Shown here: one piece after another, positions 28,565 to 37,851 of the stretch
Layout of the letters: each line of letters starts with the position of its first letter
How positions within the stretch are numbered: position 1 is the stretch's first letter
Assembly: GCA_030837625.1 (NCBI GenBank)
Contig: JAUPKF010000001.1
Location: 23,496-87,495, forward strand
DNA: 64,000 bases
Source: Patescibacteria group bacterium
Lineage (GTDB): Bacteria; Patescibacteriota; Minisyncoccia; Moranbacterales; UBA2206
Reading direction: 5' to 3'
Position numbers and translations under genes: made by a program
The notes under the pieces: model-generated
Seen by the model: the letters and a program-made list of their open reading frames with translations, nothing else
Told to the model about the DNA's origin: nothing
The model's database searches: none

Positions 28565-28662
28565 AAATTCCAAATTCAAAATCGCAAATTCCAAATAAAT
28601 TCAAAGTAACAATAACAAATTTTTGGATTTTGGGCTTGGGATTTTGTAATTTGGATTTTCAA
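28565..28662. repeat. AT-rich imperfect palindromic intergenic element, family C copy 2.
   Basis: 'ccaaattcaaaatcgcaaattccaaataaattcaaag ... ctttgaa-like tttttggattttgggcttgggattttgtaatttggatttt'. It shares motifs with 2651-2785. Confidence 0.5.
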
Positions 28663-28666
28663 GTGA

Positions 28667-29893
28667 ATGTTTAAAATAAAAACGGAAGAAAAAGAAATAT
28701 TAAACCATAAGGAGCATTTGGACGAGAGGAAGATAAAGCTGATAAGCTTTATTTCATTTCTAATGGGATTTTCCCAAGCGGTTCTTTTGTACGTGATGTC
28801 GTCGTATTTCAAGCTGGCTTCCGGCATGGAAAACGTTGGGATTTTTTACGCGGTTTCTTACGCGATATTTTTGTTTATTCTTCTTAATCTTCACAAAGCC
28901 GTCCGGACGCTGGGCAAAGCCAATGTTTTTTATTTTTCCCTTCTCTTCAAGATTATCACGATTGTCTTTTTGATTTTCGCGGCGCCGGGAAATCTGGGAA
29001 TTTTTCTTCTCGCAGCTTACATAGTTCTGGGGCATATCGAGTGGGTGGCGCTGGATGTTATTATTGAGAATTTTTCCGCCGATGCGCTGTCGGGGCGTAT
29101 TCGCGGGCTTCATCTGACCATTGTCAACGCCGGATTTTTGCTGGGTCCGTTTCTTTCCACGCGCCTTTTGGACACGATCGGATTTAGCGGAATTTTCGCT
29201 TTTTCCCTGATAATCAACGCGTTGATTTTTGTTTTCGCGCTGATCGGATTTCGCGAGAGCAACCACCGATTTGAACAGAAGCTCAAAGTGGCGGATATTG
29301 CCAAAAAAGTTTTCGCGAGAAAAAACATCCTGCGGGCGTATTACATATCTTTCGTCTTGGAATTTTTTTATGCCCTGATGGTTATTTACACGCCGATTTA
29401 TCTTCGCGATTTGGGATATTCTTGGGAAGATATCGGGAAAATTTTCACTGTGATGCTGGTACCCTTTGTTTTAGTGCAATACCCGATGGGATTTTTGGCG
29501 GACAAGAAATTCGGGGAAAAGGAATTTTTGATTGGCGCCCTTTTCATAATGGCGGTTTCGACCACAGCGGTTTATTTCATCGGCTTGGGAAGCGTGGCTG
29601 TTTGGGCGGCGATGCTTTTTCTGACCAGGCTCGGAGCGGCGCTTATTGAGATTCTTCGCGATTCTTATTTTTACAAAAGGATTGACGGGCGCGACGTTGA
29701 CCTGATTAATTTTTTTAGGACTACCGTTCCGGCCGCCTATATTTCCGCCGCCATTCTTTCCACGCTTCTTCTGGCGTTCGCGCCGGTAAAGTTTGCTTTT
29801 GTTTTGGTTGGCGCGGTAGCTTTTTCGGCGCTTATTCCAGCTTTTGCTTTGGAAGATAACAAATGCGAGAAAGAGATGGTGAAGGCGCAGTAA
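28667..29893 (+). CDS. MFS-type transporter with about 12 transmembrane helices.
   Basis: Twelve hydrophobic helices with the MFS-like loop 'GRIRGLHLTIVNAGFLLGP'. Confidence 0.75.
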   Translation: MFKIKTEEKEILNHKEHLDERKIKLISFISFLMGFSQAVLLYVMSSYFKLASGMENVGIFYAVSYAIFLFILLNLHKAVRTLGKANVFYFSLLFKIITIVFLIFAAPGNLGIFLLAAYIVLGHIEWVALDVIIENFSADALSGRIRGLHLTIVNAGFLLGPFLSTRLLDTIGFSGIFAFSLIINALIFVFALIGFRESNHRFEQKLKVADIAKKVFARKNILRAYYISFVLEFFYALMVIYTPIYLRDLGYSWEDIGKIFTVMLVPFVLVQYPMGFLADKKFGEKEFLIGALFIMAVSTTAVYFIGLGSVAVWAAMLFLTRLGAALIEILRDSYFYKRIDGRDVDLINFFRTTVPAAYISAAILSTLLLAFAPVKFAFVLVGAVAFSALIPAFALEDNKCEKEMVKAQ

Positions 29894-29959
29894 TAGAGCT
29901 TGGAGAAAATTCTCAGTAGTGGTATCATAGGATAGTCGAAAATTTTAAATTAAGAAATA

Positions 29960-30664
29960 GTGTATCAAGTGAAAACAGACAAGTTTGAAGGGCCAATGGA
30001 GCTTCTTCTGGAACTTATAGAAAAAGAAAAGATGGATGTGACGGAGCTTAGCATGGCGAAAGTGGCGGACGAGTATCTGGAACATATAAAAGATAACGAA
30101 GCTATTCGTCTGGAGCACTTGGCGGAATTTTTGTCGGTGGCGTCGCGCCTTATTCTCATCAAGTCGCGGTCGCTTCTCCCAATGTTGAAGTTCAGCGAAG
30201 AGGAAGAAGAGGAGATCAAGGATTTGACGCTTCAGCTGGAGGAGTATAAAAAATTCAAGGAAGCCTCGGAAAAATTGGGAAAACTTTCTGCCGCCGGAAG
30301 AATAAGTTACGCGCGGGAAGGCTTCGGAGGTGTACGCGAAATATTTTACCCTCCGGAAGATTTCAACATTTTTGATTTGAAAAAATATTTTGAGTTTATC
30401 TTGGCGGAAATTCCGCTTATCGAAAAGCTCCAGGAGGAAATAGTCACGGAAGTGGTGACATTAGAAGAAAGAATCAATGAGCTGGAGATGAAAATTCGCG
30501 CTAAAGTGGAAACCTCCTTTTCCGATTTAGTGGCCAATGCGAGCGACAAAGTGGAGATAATCATTTCCTTTCTGGCGATGCTGGAAATGATAAAGCAAAG
30601 AGTGGTTGCCGTGGAGCAAGGGGAGCTTTTTAGTGAAATAAGGTTGAGTATAATGGGGCGATAA
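29960..30664 (+). CDS. scpA: Segregation and condensation protein A.
   Basis: 'FEGPMELLLELIEKEKMDVTELSMAKVADEYLEHI' and 'LAEFLSVASRLILIKSRSLLP'. Confidence 0.85.
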   Translation: MYQVKTDKFEGPMELLLELIEKEKMDVTELSMAKVADEYLEHIKDNEAIRLEHLAEFLSVASRLILIKSRSLLPMLKFSEEEEEEIKDLTLQLEEYKKFKEASEKLGKLSAAGRISYAREGFGGVREIFYPPEDFNIFDLKKYFEFILAEIPLIEKLQEEIVTEVVTLEERINELEMKIRAKVETSFSDLVANASDKVEIIISFLAMLEMIKQRVVAVEQGELFSEIRLSIMGR

Positions 30665-30786
30665 GTTTCTAATTTTCAATTTCTAATTTCTAAACAATTT
30701 CCAATTTTCCAATGACCGAATTTAAAAATTGAAAAATTAAATCATTGAAAATTGTTTGAAAATTGAAAATTGTGAATTGAAAATTA
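30665..30786. repeat. AT-rich imperfect palindromic intergenic element (family C-like, 'aattttcaat' motif) between scpA and scpB.
   Basis: Left 'aattttcaatttctaatttctaaacaatttccaattttccaatg' and right 'cattgaaaattgtttgaaaattgaaaattgtgaattgaaaatt' are near reverse complements. Confidence 0.55.
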
Positions 30787-30792
30787 TATTTT

Positions 30793-31338
30793 ATGGATAT
30801 CAATAAGTTAAAATCAATTATTGAAAGTGTTTTGTTTATCAGCGGCGAGCCGGTGAAGGTTTCGCGTTTGATGAAAGTTTCCGGCGCGGCGAAACCGGAA
30901 GTGGAGAACGCACTTATGGCGCTTCAGGGAGAATATGCCGACGGGCGGGGGATGGTGATTATCAGAAAAGAAGACGAAGCGCAGATGGCGACTAATCCGG
31001 AAAACGCGGAAACTATTTCCGAGTTGGTCAAAAGCGAGATTCAGGAAAATTTGAGCCGTTCAGCGCTGGAGACGCTTTCAATCGCGGCTTATCGTGGACC
31101 GATGGCCAGGGCGGACATTGAAGCAATCCGGGGGGTAAATTGCAGTTTCACCTTGCGGTCGCTCTTGATGCGCGGGCTTTTGGAAAGGATTGATAATCCC
31201 AAGGACAGTCGCGGGTACTTATACAAGATATCTTTTGAATTTCTGAAGAAAATGGGAGTGGACGGCGTTGAAAAACTTCCCGATTGGGAAAAGCTTTCCA
31301 AAGACAGCCGGGTGGAAAGTATTTTGGAGAATAAATAG
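30793..31338 (+). CDS. scpB: Segregation and condensation protein B.
   Basis: 'IESVLFISGEPVKVSRL' and the winged-helix region 'YRGPMARADIEAIRGVNCSFTLRSLLMRGLLERI'. Confidence 0.85.
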   Translation: MDINKLKSIIESVLFISGEPVKVSRLMKVSGAAKPEVENALMALQGEYADGRGMVIIRKEDEAQMATNPENAETISELVKSEIQENLSRSALETLSIAAYRGPMARADIEAIRGVNCSFTLRSLLMRGLLERIDNPKDSRGYLYKISFEFLKKMGVDGVEKLPDWEKLSKDSRVESILENK

Positions 31339-31397
31339 TTTAGGAATTGCGCGTTTGCACTCCTGACCAAGCGCGCAAGTTGTGTAGCTAATAACGA

Positions 31398-32426
31398 ATG
31401 TTGTATTTATTTTATTCAATAACCATAGCTTTGCTTCTCCCGGCTTTTATGCTGCCGGATTTTTTGAGCAAGATGAGTAGTGGGAACGCTTCAAATAATA
31501 TCGGCAAGGCGGATCATCGGGTTTTGGGGGACGAAAGCTGGAGCAACCGGGAAAATTCCCAAAATTGCAATCTTTTTCCGATTGACACGGCTGCTGCCGC
31601 CGAGTTTACGCCGGCGAGAAAATCCGGCTTCTATGATCTGAAAATTTGGGCCGGTTCGTCGGTTGCCATTGACGCGGCCAGCGGAACGATTCTTCATTAT
31701 GACAATGGAAGAAAGAGAACTCAAATCGCCTCTCTCACAAAAATGATGACAGCAGTTTTGGCGGCGGAAAATATCAAAGACTTAGATGAAGAAATTACCA
31801 TTACGACAGAGGCGCTGAATGTTCCGGGGACAGTGGTGGGCTGTCCGACCAGTGTTTTTTGCAACGCCAATAGAATGTATCGCGGAGAAAAAGTAAAAGC
31901 CGAGGATCTTCTGAAGGCGATGCTGATGAATAGCGCCAATGACGCCGCCTCAGCCATTGGGATTCATATTGCCGGAACGCAGGAACGGTTTGTGGAAATG
32001 ATGAATCAGAAAGCTCGGGATCTCGGATTGAAAGATACCAACTTTTGCACTCCTTCCGGATTGGAAACTGACGGAGCGGAAGATCAGTGTTACTCAACAG
32101 CCTATGACATTGCTCGCATAGCTTCTTATTCTCTGAAGCATGGCTTGATTTGGGATATAATGAAAATACCGGAAGGGAAATTTTATTCAGCGGATGGAAA
32201 GTATATGCACGAATTGAAAAATACTGATATACTGTTAGAAGAAATTCCCAATTGTTTAGGTGGAAAAACGGGTTTTACTCCTTTGGCTGGAAAATCTTTG
32301 CTTTTGGGATCGGCTGACGCGTCTGGCCAACATCGGATTATCGCAGTGGTTCTTAATGATGAGCAGCGCTGGCAAGATATGCGAACGATGGTGGATTGGA
32401 TTTTTGAGAATTATGAATGGAAGTAA
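31398..32426 (+). CDS. D-alanyl-D-alanine carboxypeptidase (serine peptidase family S11, PBP5/6-like).
   Basis: Signal/transmembrane N-terminus. SxxK motif 'ASLTKMMT', SxN motif 'NSANDAA' and KTG motif 'GGKTGFT'. Confidence 0.85.
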   Translation: MLYLFYSITIALLLPAFMLPDFLSKMSSGNASNNIGKADHRVLGDESWSNRENSQNCNLFPIDTAAAAEFTPARKSGFYDLKIWAGSSVAIDAASGTILHYDNGRKRTQIASLTKMMTAVLAAENIKDLDEEITITTEALNVPGTVVGCPTSVFCNANRMYRGEKVKAEDLLKAMLMNSANDAASAIGIHIAGTQERFVEMMNQKARDLGLKDTNFCTPSGLETDGAEDQCYSTAYDIARIASYSLKHGLIWDIMKIPEGKFYSADGKYMHELKNTDILLEEIPNCLGGKTGFTPLAGKSLLLGSADASGQHRIIAVVLNDEQRWQDMRTMVDWIFENYEWK

Positions 32427-32528
32427 CGCGATGCGAATCTACGAATGCATGCGAATCTACGAATTTGCGAATGATACGAATTAGTAGATTCGTGAATTCG
32501 GATACATTCGTAGATTCGAATCGGATTT
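32427..32528. repeat. Imperfect palindromic intergenic element, family B ('cgaatctacgaat'/'attcgtagattcg'), copy 1.
   Basis: 'gcgaatctacgaatgcatgcgaatctacgaatttgcgaatgatacgaat tagtag attcgtgaattcggatacattcgtagattcgaatcgg'. Confidence 0.6.
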
Positions 32529-32532
32529 ATTT

Positions 32533-33642
32533 ATGAATTTCTCCCAGATACAAACTATTCCCGAAGTGATAAATGTCCTCAAGGTTATGTCAACCGGTTT
32601 TTTGGCGTTTGTTTTGGCGTTCGCGTTTACGCCGGTTTTGACGCACTTTTTGTATAAATATAAAATTGGCATCAAGATAAAAGACAATTCCGTTGACGGT
32701 AAAAAACTTACTTTTGTGAATAAAATGCATCGACACAAAGCTGGTACTCCGACAATGGGGGGAATTTTGGTTTGGTTCACTGTCTTAATTCTAGCGTTCG
32801 CTTCACATTATCTTTTTCCTTTGTTGGCCTCCTGGTGGGATGTGAATTTTTTGGCACGGATGGATTTTTTGAGCCGAGCGCAGGTGTGGTTGCCGCTTTT
32901 CGCGCTGGCATCCGCCGGAATTTTAGGGCTTTGTGACGATTGGATGAGCATTAAGGGTTATGGAAAAAACAAAGGCGGCGGAATGCGCTTCCTTTACCGT
33001 TTCGGCTGGCTAATCGCGATCGCGGCTTTGGGCGCCTGGTGGTTTTATTATAAACTGGGCTGGGACAAAGTGCATATTCCGGCGGTAGGAGATTTCTCTA
33101 TCGGCTGGTGGTATGTTCCGCTTTTTATGTTCGTTATTCTTTTTGCCGCCATTTCATCTAACGAAACGGACGGCTTGGACGGCTTGGACGGCGGCGTACT
33201 TCTGATCGCTTTTTCGTCTTTTTCTTTGATTTCCTTTTTTCAAAACAAGATGGATTTGTCAGCTTTTTGCGCCGCCATTGCCGGAGCGCTCTTGGCGTTT
33301 CTTTGGTTTAATGTTCATCCGGCCAGATTTTTTATGGGCGACACCGGAGCGGTGTCGCTGGGAACCACGCTGGGAGTGGTGGCGATGTTGACCAATTCGG
33401 CTCTGGTTTTGTTTATAATAGTTTTTATTTATGTTTTGGAATCCGGATCAGTTTTGATCCAGCTTTCTTCCAAGAAATTTTTCAAGCGAAAAGTTTTTTT
33501 GGCGGCGCCCATTCATCATCATTTCGAAGCTCTCGGCTGGCCGGAAACCAAAGTAACGATGCGCGCCTGGATCTTCACGGCCGTCACGGCGCTTATTGGG
33601 GTGATCGTGGGAATATTGGGGGGAGGGAAGATTAAGTTTTAG
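32533..33642 (+). CDS. mraY: Phospho-N-acetylmuramoyl-pentapeptide transferase MraY.
   Basis: 'GTPTMGGIL', 'DDWMSIKG', 'NETDGLDGL', 'FMGDTGAVSLG' and 'HHHFE' match the MraY signature blocks. Confidence 0.95.
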   Translation: MNFSQIQTIPEVINVLKVMSTGFLAFVLAFAFTPVLTHFLYKYKIGIKIKDNSVDGKKLTFVNKMHRHKAGTPTMGGILVWFTVLILAFASHYLFPLLASWWDVNFLARMDFLSRAQVWLPLFALASAGILGLCDDWMSIKGYGKNKGGGMRFLYRFGWLIAIAALGAWWFYYKLGWDKVHIPAVGDFSIGWWYVPLFMFVILFAAISSNETDGLDGLDGGVLLIAFSSFSLISFFQNKMDLSAFCAAIAGALLAFLWFNVHPARFFMGDTGAVSLGTTLGVVAMLTNSALVLFIIVFIYVLESGSVLIQLSSKKFFKRKVFLAAPIHHHFEALGWPETKVTMRAWIFTAVTALIGVIVGILGGGKIKF

Positions 33643-33717
33643 TTAAAAGGTAAAAGTTTCAGCCAAAGGCTGATCCGTCTATGGCGGAAAAAAGTAAAAG
33701 TTAAAAGTGAAATAAAT

Positions 33718-34776
33718 ATGAGAATCATACAAGACGCGGAGGTTGCAGGCAAAAAAGTTATTTTCAGGGTAGGGTTTGATGTTTCGGTTGAGAACGGGCA
33801 TGCGAAAGAAACTTTTAAGATTTCTACGGTTAAAAAAACTTTGGATTATCTCATGGATAAGGGCGCTAAAGTGGCGCTTATGACTTGGTTGGGACGTCCC
33901 GGCGGGAAAAAGGACTTGAAGTTTTCTCTGGGTCAGATTAAAGGTGATATAGAAAATATTTTAGGCTATAAAATAAGGTTCGTGCCGGATTGTGTTGGCG
34001 GAGAAGTGAATAACGCTATGGATAATTTAGCTCCTGGCGAAGTGGCGCTTTTGGAGAATGTTAGGTTTTATGGCGAGGAGGGGGATGAAAAGGGCGAAGG
34101 GTATGGTGATGACTTTGCCCGCAAATTAACCGAAGGTTTTGATATCTTGGTAAGTGACGCTTTTAGCCAGTCTCATAGGAACCAAGCTTCGATTGCGGGA
34201 ATGCCTAAGTTCATCTCAAGCTGCGCCGGATTTCTGATGCAAAAAGAAATTTCGGAAATGGAAAAGATAAAAAACAATTTCGCGCGGCCGGCGGTGGCGA
34301 TAATCGGCGGGGCGAAAATTGAGACCAAGTTGCCGGTGATCAAATTCTTCGAGGAAAAATACGATTATGTTTTGGTGGGGGGGAAAATAGCTAATGAAGC
34401 GCTGGATCGAAATATTAAATTTAGCGAAAAAGTAATTTTGCCGGTAGATTTCATTGATGACAGATTAGATGTCGGACCAAAAACCATAGATAAATTTACG
34501 GAAATTATCAAGTCGGCCAAAACGATTGTTTGGAACGGTCCGACGGGAAAGTTCGAAGAAGAAAAGTATGCTGTCAGCACCAACGCGGTTTTGAAGGCTG
34601 TTTTGACTTCCGGCGCCTACACGGTTGTTGGCGGAGGAGAAACGCTGGAAGTGCTGGAGAAAAACAACGCTTTGGATAAAATTTCGTTTGTTTCCACCGG
34701 TGGTGGAGCGATGCTGGAATATTTGGGTGGTGGGAAAATGCCGGGAGTGGAATGCCTGAAATCACATAACACATAA
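33718..34776 (+). CDS. pgk: Phosphoglycerate kinase (compact, 352 aa). Its C-terminus and stop are encoded by the 'acataac' heptamer repeat.
   Basis: N- and C-terminal domain motifs ('RVGFDV', 'LLENVRFY.EE', 'AIIGGAKI', 'STGGGAMLEYLGG'). Confidence 0.9.
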   Translation: MRIIQDAEVAGKKVIFRVGFDVSVENGHAKETFKISTVKKTLDYLMDKGAKVALMTWLGRPGGKKDLKFSLGQIKGDIENILGYKIRFVPDCVGGEVNNAMDNLAPGEVALLENVRFYGEEGDEKGEGYGDDFARKLTEGFDILVSDAFSQSHRNQASIAGMPKFISSCAGFLMQKEISEMEKIKNNFARPAVAIIGGAKIETKLPVIKFFEEKYDYVLVGGKIANEALDRNIKFSEKVILPVDFIDDRLDVGPKTIDKFTEIIKSAKTIVWNGPTGKFEEEKYAVSTNAVLKAVLTSGAYTVVGGGETLEVLEKNNALDKISFVSTGGGAMLEYLGGGKMPGVECLKSHNT

Positions 34777-34786
34777 CACATAACAC
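34763..34786. repeat. Tandem heptanucleotide repeat 'cacataa/acataac', about 3.5 units, supplying the pgk stop codon.
   Basis: 'cacataacacataacacataacac'. Unit length 7, so TAA appears in all three frames. Confidence 0.6.
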
Positions 34787-34790
34787 GAAT

Positions 34791-36047
34791 ATGTCGAAGA
34801 TCAAAAAAATTTACGCGCGGGAGATTTTGGATTCGAGGGGGAATCCGACGGTGGAAGTGGAAATTGAATTGGAAAGCGGAATAAAAGCGACAGCGGCGGT
34901 GCCGAGTGGGGCGTCAACGGGAAAACACGAGTCATTGGAACTTCGCGACAAAGATGCCGAGCGCTATAATGGGCTGGGGGTTTTGCGGGCGGTGGAAAAT
35001 GTGAATGAGAAAATAGCGGAAGCGGTTTGTGGAATGGAGGCGGGCGGGCAGAAAGAAATCGATGAAAAAATGATCGAGTTGGACGGTACGGAGAATAAAT
35101 CCAATTTAGGCGCCAACGCTATTTTGGGCGTATCTTTGGCGACGGCGCGCGTGGCGGCGTTGGAACAGAATTTGCCCCTTTACGGCTACATTGCCAAAGC
35201 CTATAAAATGCCTTCCAAAAAATTCAAGCTTCCTATCCCGATGTTTAACATTATTAACGGCGGCCAACACAGCGATTCGGGACTTTCTATTCAGGAATAT
35301 AAAATTGTTCCGGCGGGGATAAAATCATTCAAGGAACAACTGCGCGCCGGATCCGAAATTTTTCATAAGCTGGCGGAAATTTTGAAAGAAAGCGGCTATA
35401 GCGTGTCGGTCGGGGACGAGGGAGGGTTCGCGCCCAAGTTGGAAAGCAACGCTCAAGCCCTGGAGCTGATAAATTTAGCCATTGAAAAATCCGGATACGA
35501 AAAAGGAAAGGAAGTCAGTATCGGCATTGACGCGGCGGCTAACTCATTTTTTGACGAAGACGAGAATAAATATATCTTCAAACCGGAAAACGCCAATCTT
35601 ACCCGCGAAATGCTGGTGAATATTTACAGCGAGTGGATAGAGAAATACCACGTTATTTCGGTGGAAGACGGGCTGGCGGAAGAAGACTGGGAAGGCTGGA
35701 GCGCCATGAATGAAAAGTTGGGCGGACGGATTATGCTTATCGGCGATGATCTTTTGGTGACTAACGTTAAACGGTTAAAAACGGCGATTGAAAGAAAAGC
35801 TTGCAACTCAGTTCTCATCAAAGTCAACCAAATCGGGACGCTTTCGGAAACGATCGATTGCATAAAGTTGGCCAAAAAGAATGGCATGAAAACCGTCATC
35901 TCGCACCGCTCGGGAGAAACAACTGATGATTTTATCTCCGACTTGGCGGTCGGAACCGGCGCAGATTATATGAAATCCGGCTCGCTGTCGCGCGGAGAAA
36001 GGATTTGCAAGTATAATAGGTTGTTGAGGATTGAGGAGGAAATTTAG
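34791..36047 (+). CDS. eno: Enolase.
   Basis: 'IYAREILDSRGNPTVEVE', 'SGASTG' and 'SHRSGETTD'. Confidence 0.95.
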   Translation: MSKIKKIYAREILDSRGNPTVEVEIELESGIKATAAVPSGASTGKHESLELRDKDAERYNGLGVLRAVENVNEKIAEAVCGMEAGGQKEIDEKMIELDGTENKSNLGANAILGVSLATARVAALEQNLPLYGYIAKAYKMPSKKFKLPIPMFNIINGGQHSDSGLSIQEYKIVPAGIKSFKEQLRAGSEIFHKLAEILKESGYSVSVGDEGGFAPKLESNAQALELINLAIEKSGYEKGKEVSIGIDAAANSFFDEDENKYIFKPENANLTREMLVNIYSEWIEKYHVISVEDGLAEEDWEGWSAMNEKLGGRIMLIGDDLLVTNVKRLKTAIERKACNSVLIKVNQIGTLSETIDCIKLAKKNGMKTVISHRSGETTDDFISDLAVGTGADYMKSGSLSRGERICKYNRLLRIEEEI

Positions 36048-36049
36048 TA

Positions 36050-36226
36050 AATTCACCTAATTTACCTAATTACCTAATTTACCTAATAAAATTCCAAAAT
36101 AACCAAAGGTCAAATAAAATTCCTAATACCAAATTTGAAAATTATTTTATTCAGTATTTGACCTTTCATTTTGCTATTTGAAATTATTGAATTTTATTAG
36201 GTGAATTAGAAATTAGGTGAATTAGA
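36050..36226. repeat. Family A roughly 180-bp palindromic intergenic element, 'cacctaatt' type, copy 1 of 5.
   Basis: Termini 'aattcacctaatttacctaattacctaatttacctaat' and 'attaggtgaattagaaattaggtgaatt' are inverse. Inner inverted repeat 'aaccaaaggtcaaataaaatt' / 'atttgacctttcatttt'. It begins directly at the eno stop codon. Confidence 0.8.
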
Positions 36227-36275
36227 AATTTGGGAAGACTGTTAATTTCACAGAAGCTAATTGCATTGCAGAACA

Positions 36276-37832
36276 ATGGCTCAACAAAGAACGCCAACTC
36301 TTCTTATCATCCTCGACGGTTTTGGCGTGGCGCCGCCGTCGCGGGGGAATGCCATAACGCTCTCCAAGACTCCGGCGTTGGACCGGCTGTTTGATCTGTA
36401 TTCGTCAGGTGTTTTGGGCGCGACCGGAACTGACGTGGGGTTGCCGGATAACAAGATGAGCGGATCGGAGTCGGGACATATGAATATCGGAGCGGGCAGG
36501 ATTGTCAAGCAAGATTCTTTCTATATTACCGAGAGCATAAAAGACGGGAGTTTTTTTATGAATCCCGCGTTGGTTGGAGCGGTGAAACATGTCAAGGCGC
36601 ATCAGAGCAAGTTGCACGTGATGGGTCTGATGGGAAACGCGGACAGTCCGCATAGCGATCCGGAGAATTTTCGGGCCGTTCTCAGGCTGGCGAAAAAAAA
36701 CGCCGTGGAGGAAGTTTACTGCCATCTTTTTACCGATGGGAGGGATTCTTATCCGCGATCCGCTCTGGAACATCTTAAAAATTTCAAAAAAATAATGTCG
36801 GAAGATGGTATCGGGAAGATTGCCACGATTTCCGGAAGATTTTACGCGATGGATCGGGCGAAAAATTGGAAGCGGCTGACCAAAGCTTACGATGCCATGG
36901 TTTTTTCCCGTGGGGAGAGCGCGCCAAACGCCGAGGAAGTTATCCAGGGGGCTTATGAGAAAAATCTGACAGACGAATATATTTTGCCGACTTTCATTGT
37001 GGAGAATGGAAAGCCGGTGGTCAAGATAGCGCGAAACGACGCGGTGGTTTTTTACAACTTGCGTTCCGATCGGGCGCGCCAATTTACCAAGCTTTTTGTG
37101 GCGCTCAACAAGGAACGGATAATAAAAGATGATATGCCGCCTCTCGACAAGCTGGAAAATTTATATTTTACGGCCATGACGGATTTTGGTCCGGATTTGG
37201 ATATTCATACGGCTTACAAGGGAAGGACACTGGAGGCGACTTTGCCGATGGTTTTGGGAAATCGCAAGCAATTCTATGTTGCTGAGTCGGAGAAATTCGC
37301 CCACGTGACGTATTTTTTGAACGGCGGTTATGCCGATCCGGTTGATGGCGAGGATCGGATGGAAATCAAATCCCAAGCAGTTGAAAACTATGCCCAGATT
37401 CCCGAAATGTCGGCCGGACTCATAACCAAAGAAATTATTGAGCGTCTTAGTGGCGGTGGATATGATTTCATAACCGCCAATTTTGCCAACGCCGATATGG
37501 TGGGCCACACCGGCGATCTTAAGGCGACGGTCAAGGCGGTAGAGTGTTTGGATGAACAGATAAAAAACTTGGCAAAAATAGTTTTAAAGATGGGAGGGAA
37601 TTTGATAATAACGGCGGATCATGGCAACGCTGATGTGATGATTGATCCATCATCCAGTCAGCCCAACACGTTTCATACTAAAAATCCGGTGCCTTTTCTT
37701 TTGGCGAGCGACAAATTCAAAAACAAAAAAATTGAAAGCGGCGGAGTGTTGGGCAACATCGCGCCGACGATATTGGAGATAATGGGAATTGAAAAACCCA
37801 AGGCGATGAATAAAAAATCGTTGATAAAATAA
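36276..37832 (+). CDS. gpmI: 2,3-bisphosphoglycerate-independent phosphoglycerate mutase.
   Basis: 'LLIILDGFG' N-terminal metal-binding motif, the catalytic Ser region 'SGHMNIGAGR' and 'TADHGNAD'. The ATG at 36276 is preferred. Confidence 0.9.
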   Translation: MAQQRTPTLLIILDGFGVAPPSRGNAITLSKTPALDRLFDLYSSGVLGATGTDVGLPDNKMSGSESGHMNIGAGRIVKQDSFYITESIKDGSFFMNPALVGAVKHVKAHQSKLHVMGLMGNADSPHSDPENFRAVLRLAKKNAVEEVYCHLFTDGRDSYPRSALEHLKNFKKIMSEDGIGKIATISGRFYAMDRAKNWKRLTKAYDAMVFSRGESAPNAEEVIQGAYEKNLTDEYILPTFIVENGKPVVKIARNDAVVFYNLRSDRARQFTKLFVALNKERIIKDDMPPLDKLENLYFTAMTDFGPDLDIHTAYKGRTLEATLPMVLGNRKQFYVAESEKFAHVTYFLNGGYADPVDGEDRMEIKSQAVENYAQIPEMSAGLITKEIIERLSGGGYDFITANFANADMVGHTGDLKATVKAVECLDEQIKNLAKIVLKMGGNLIITADHGNADVMIDPSSSQPNTFHTKNPVPFLLASDKFKNKKIESGGVLGNIAPTILEIMGIEKPKAMNKKSLIK

Positions 37833-37851
37833 TTTAAAAATAAAATAGCTT

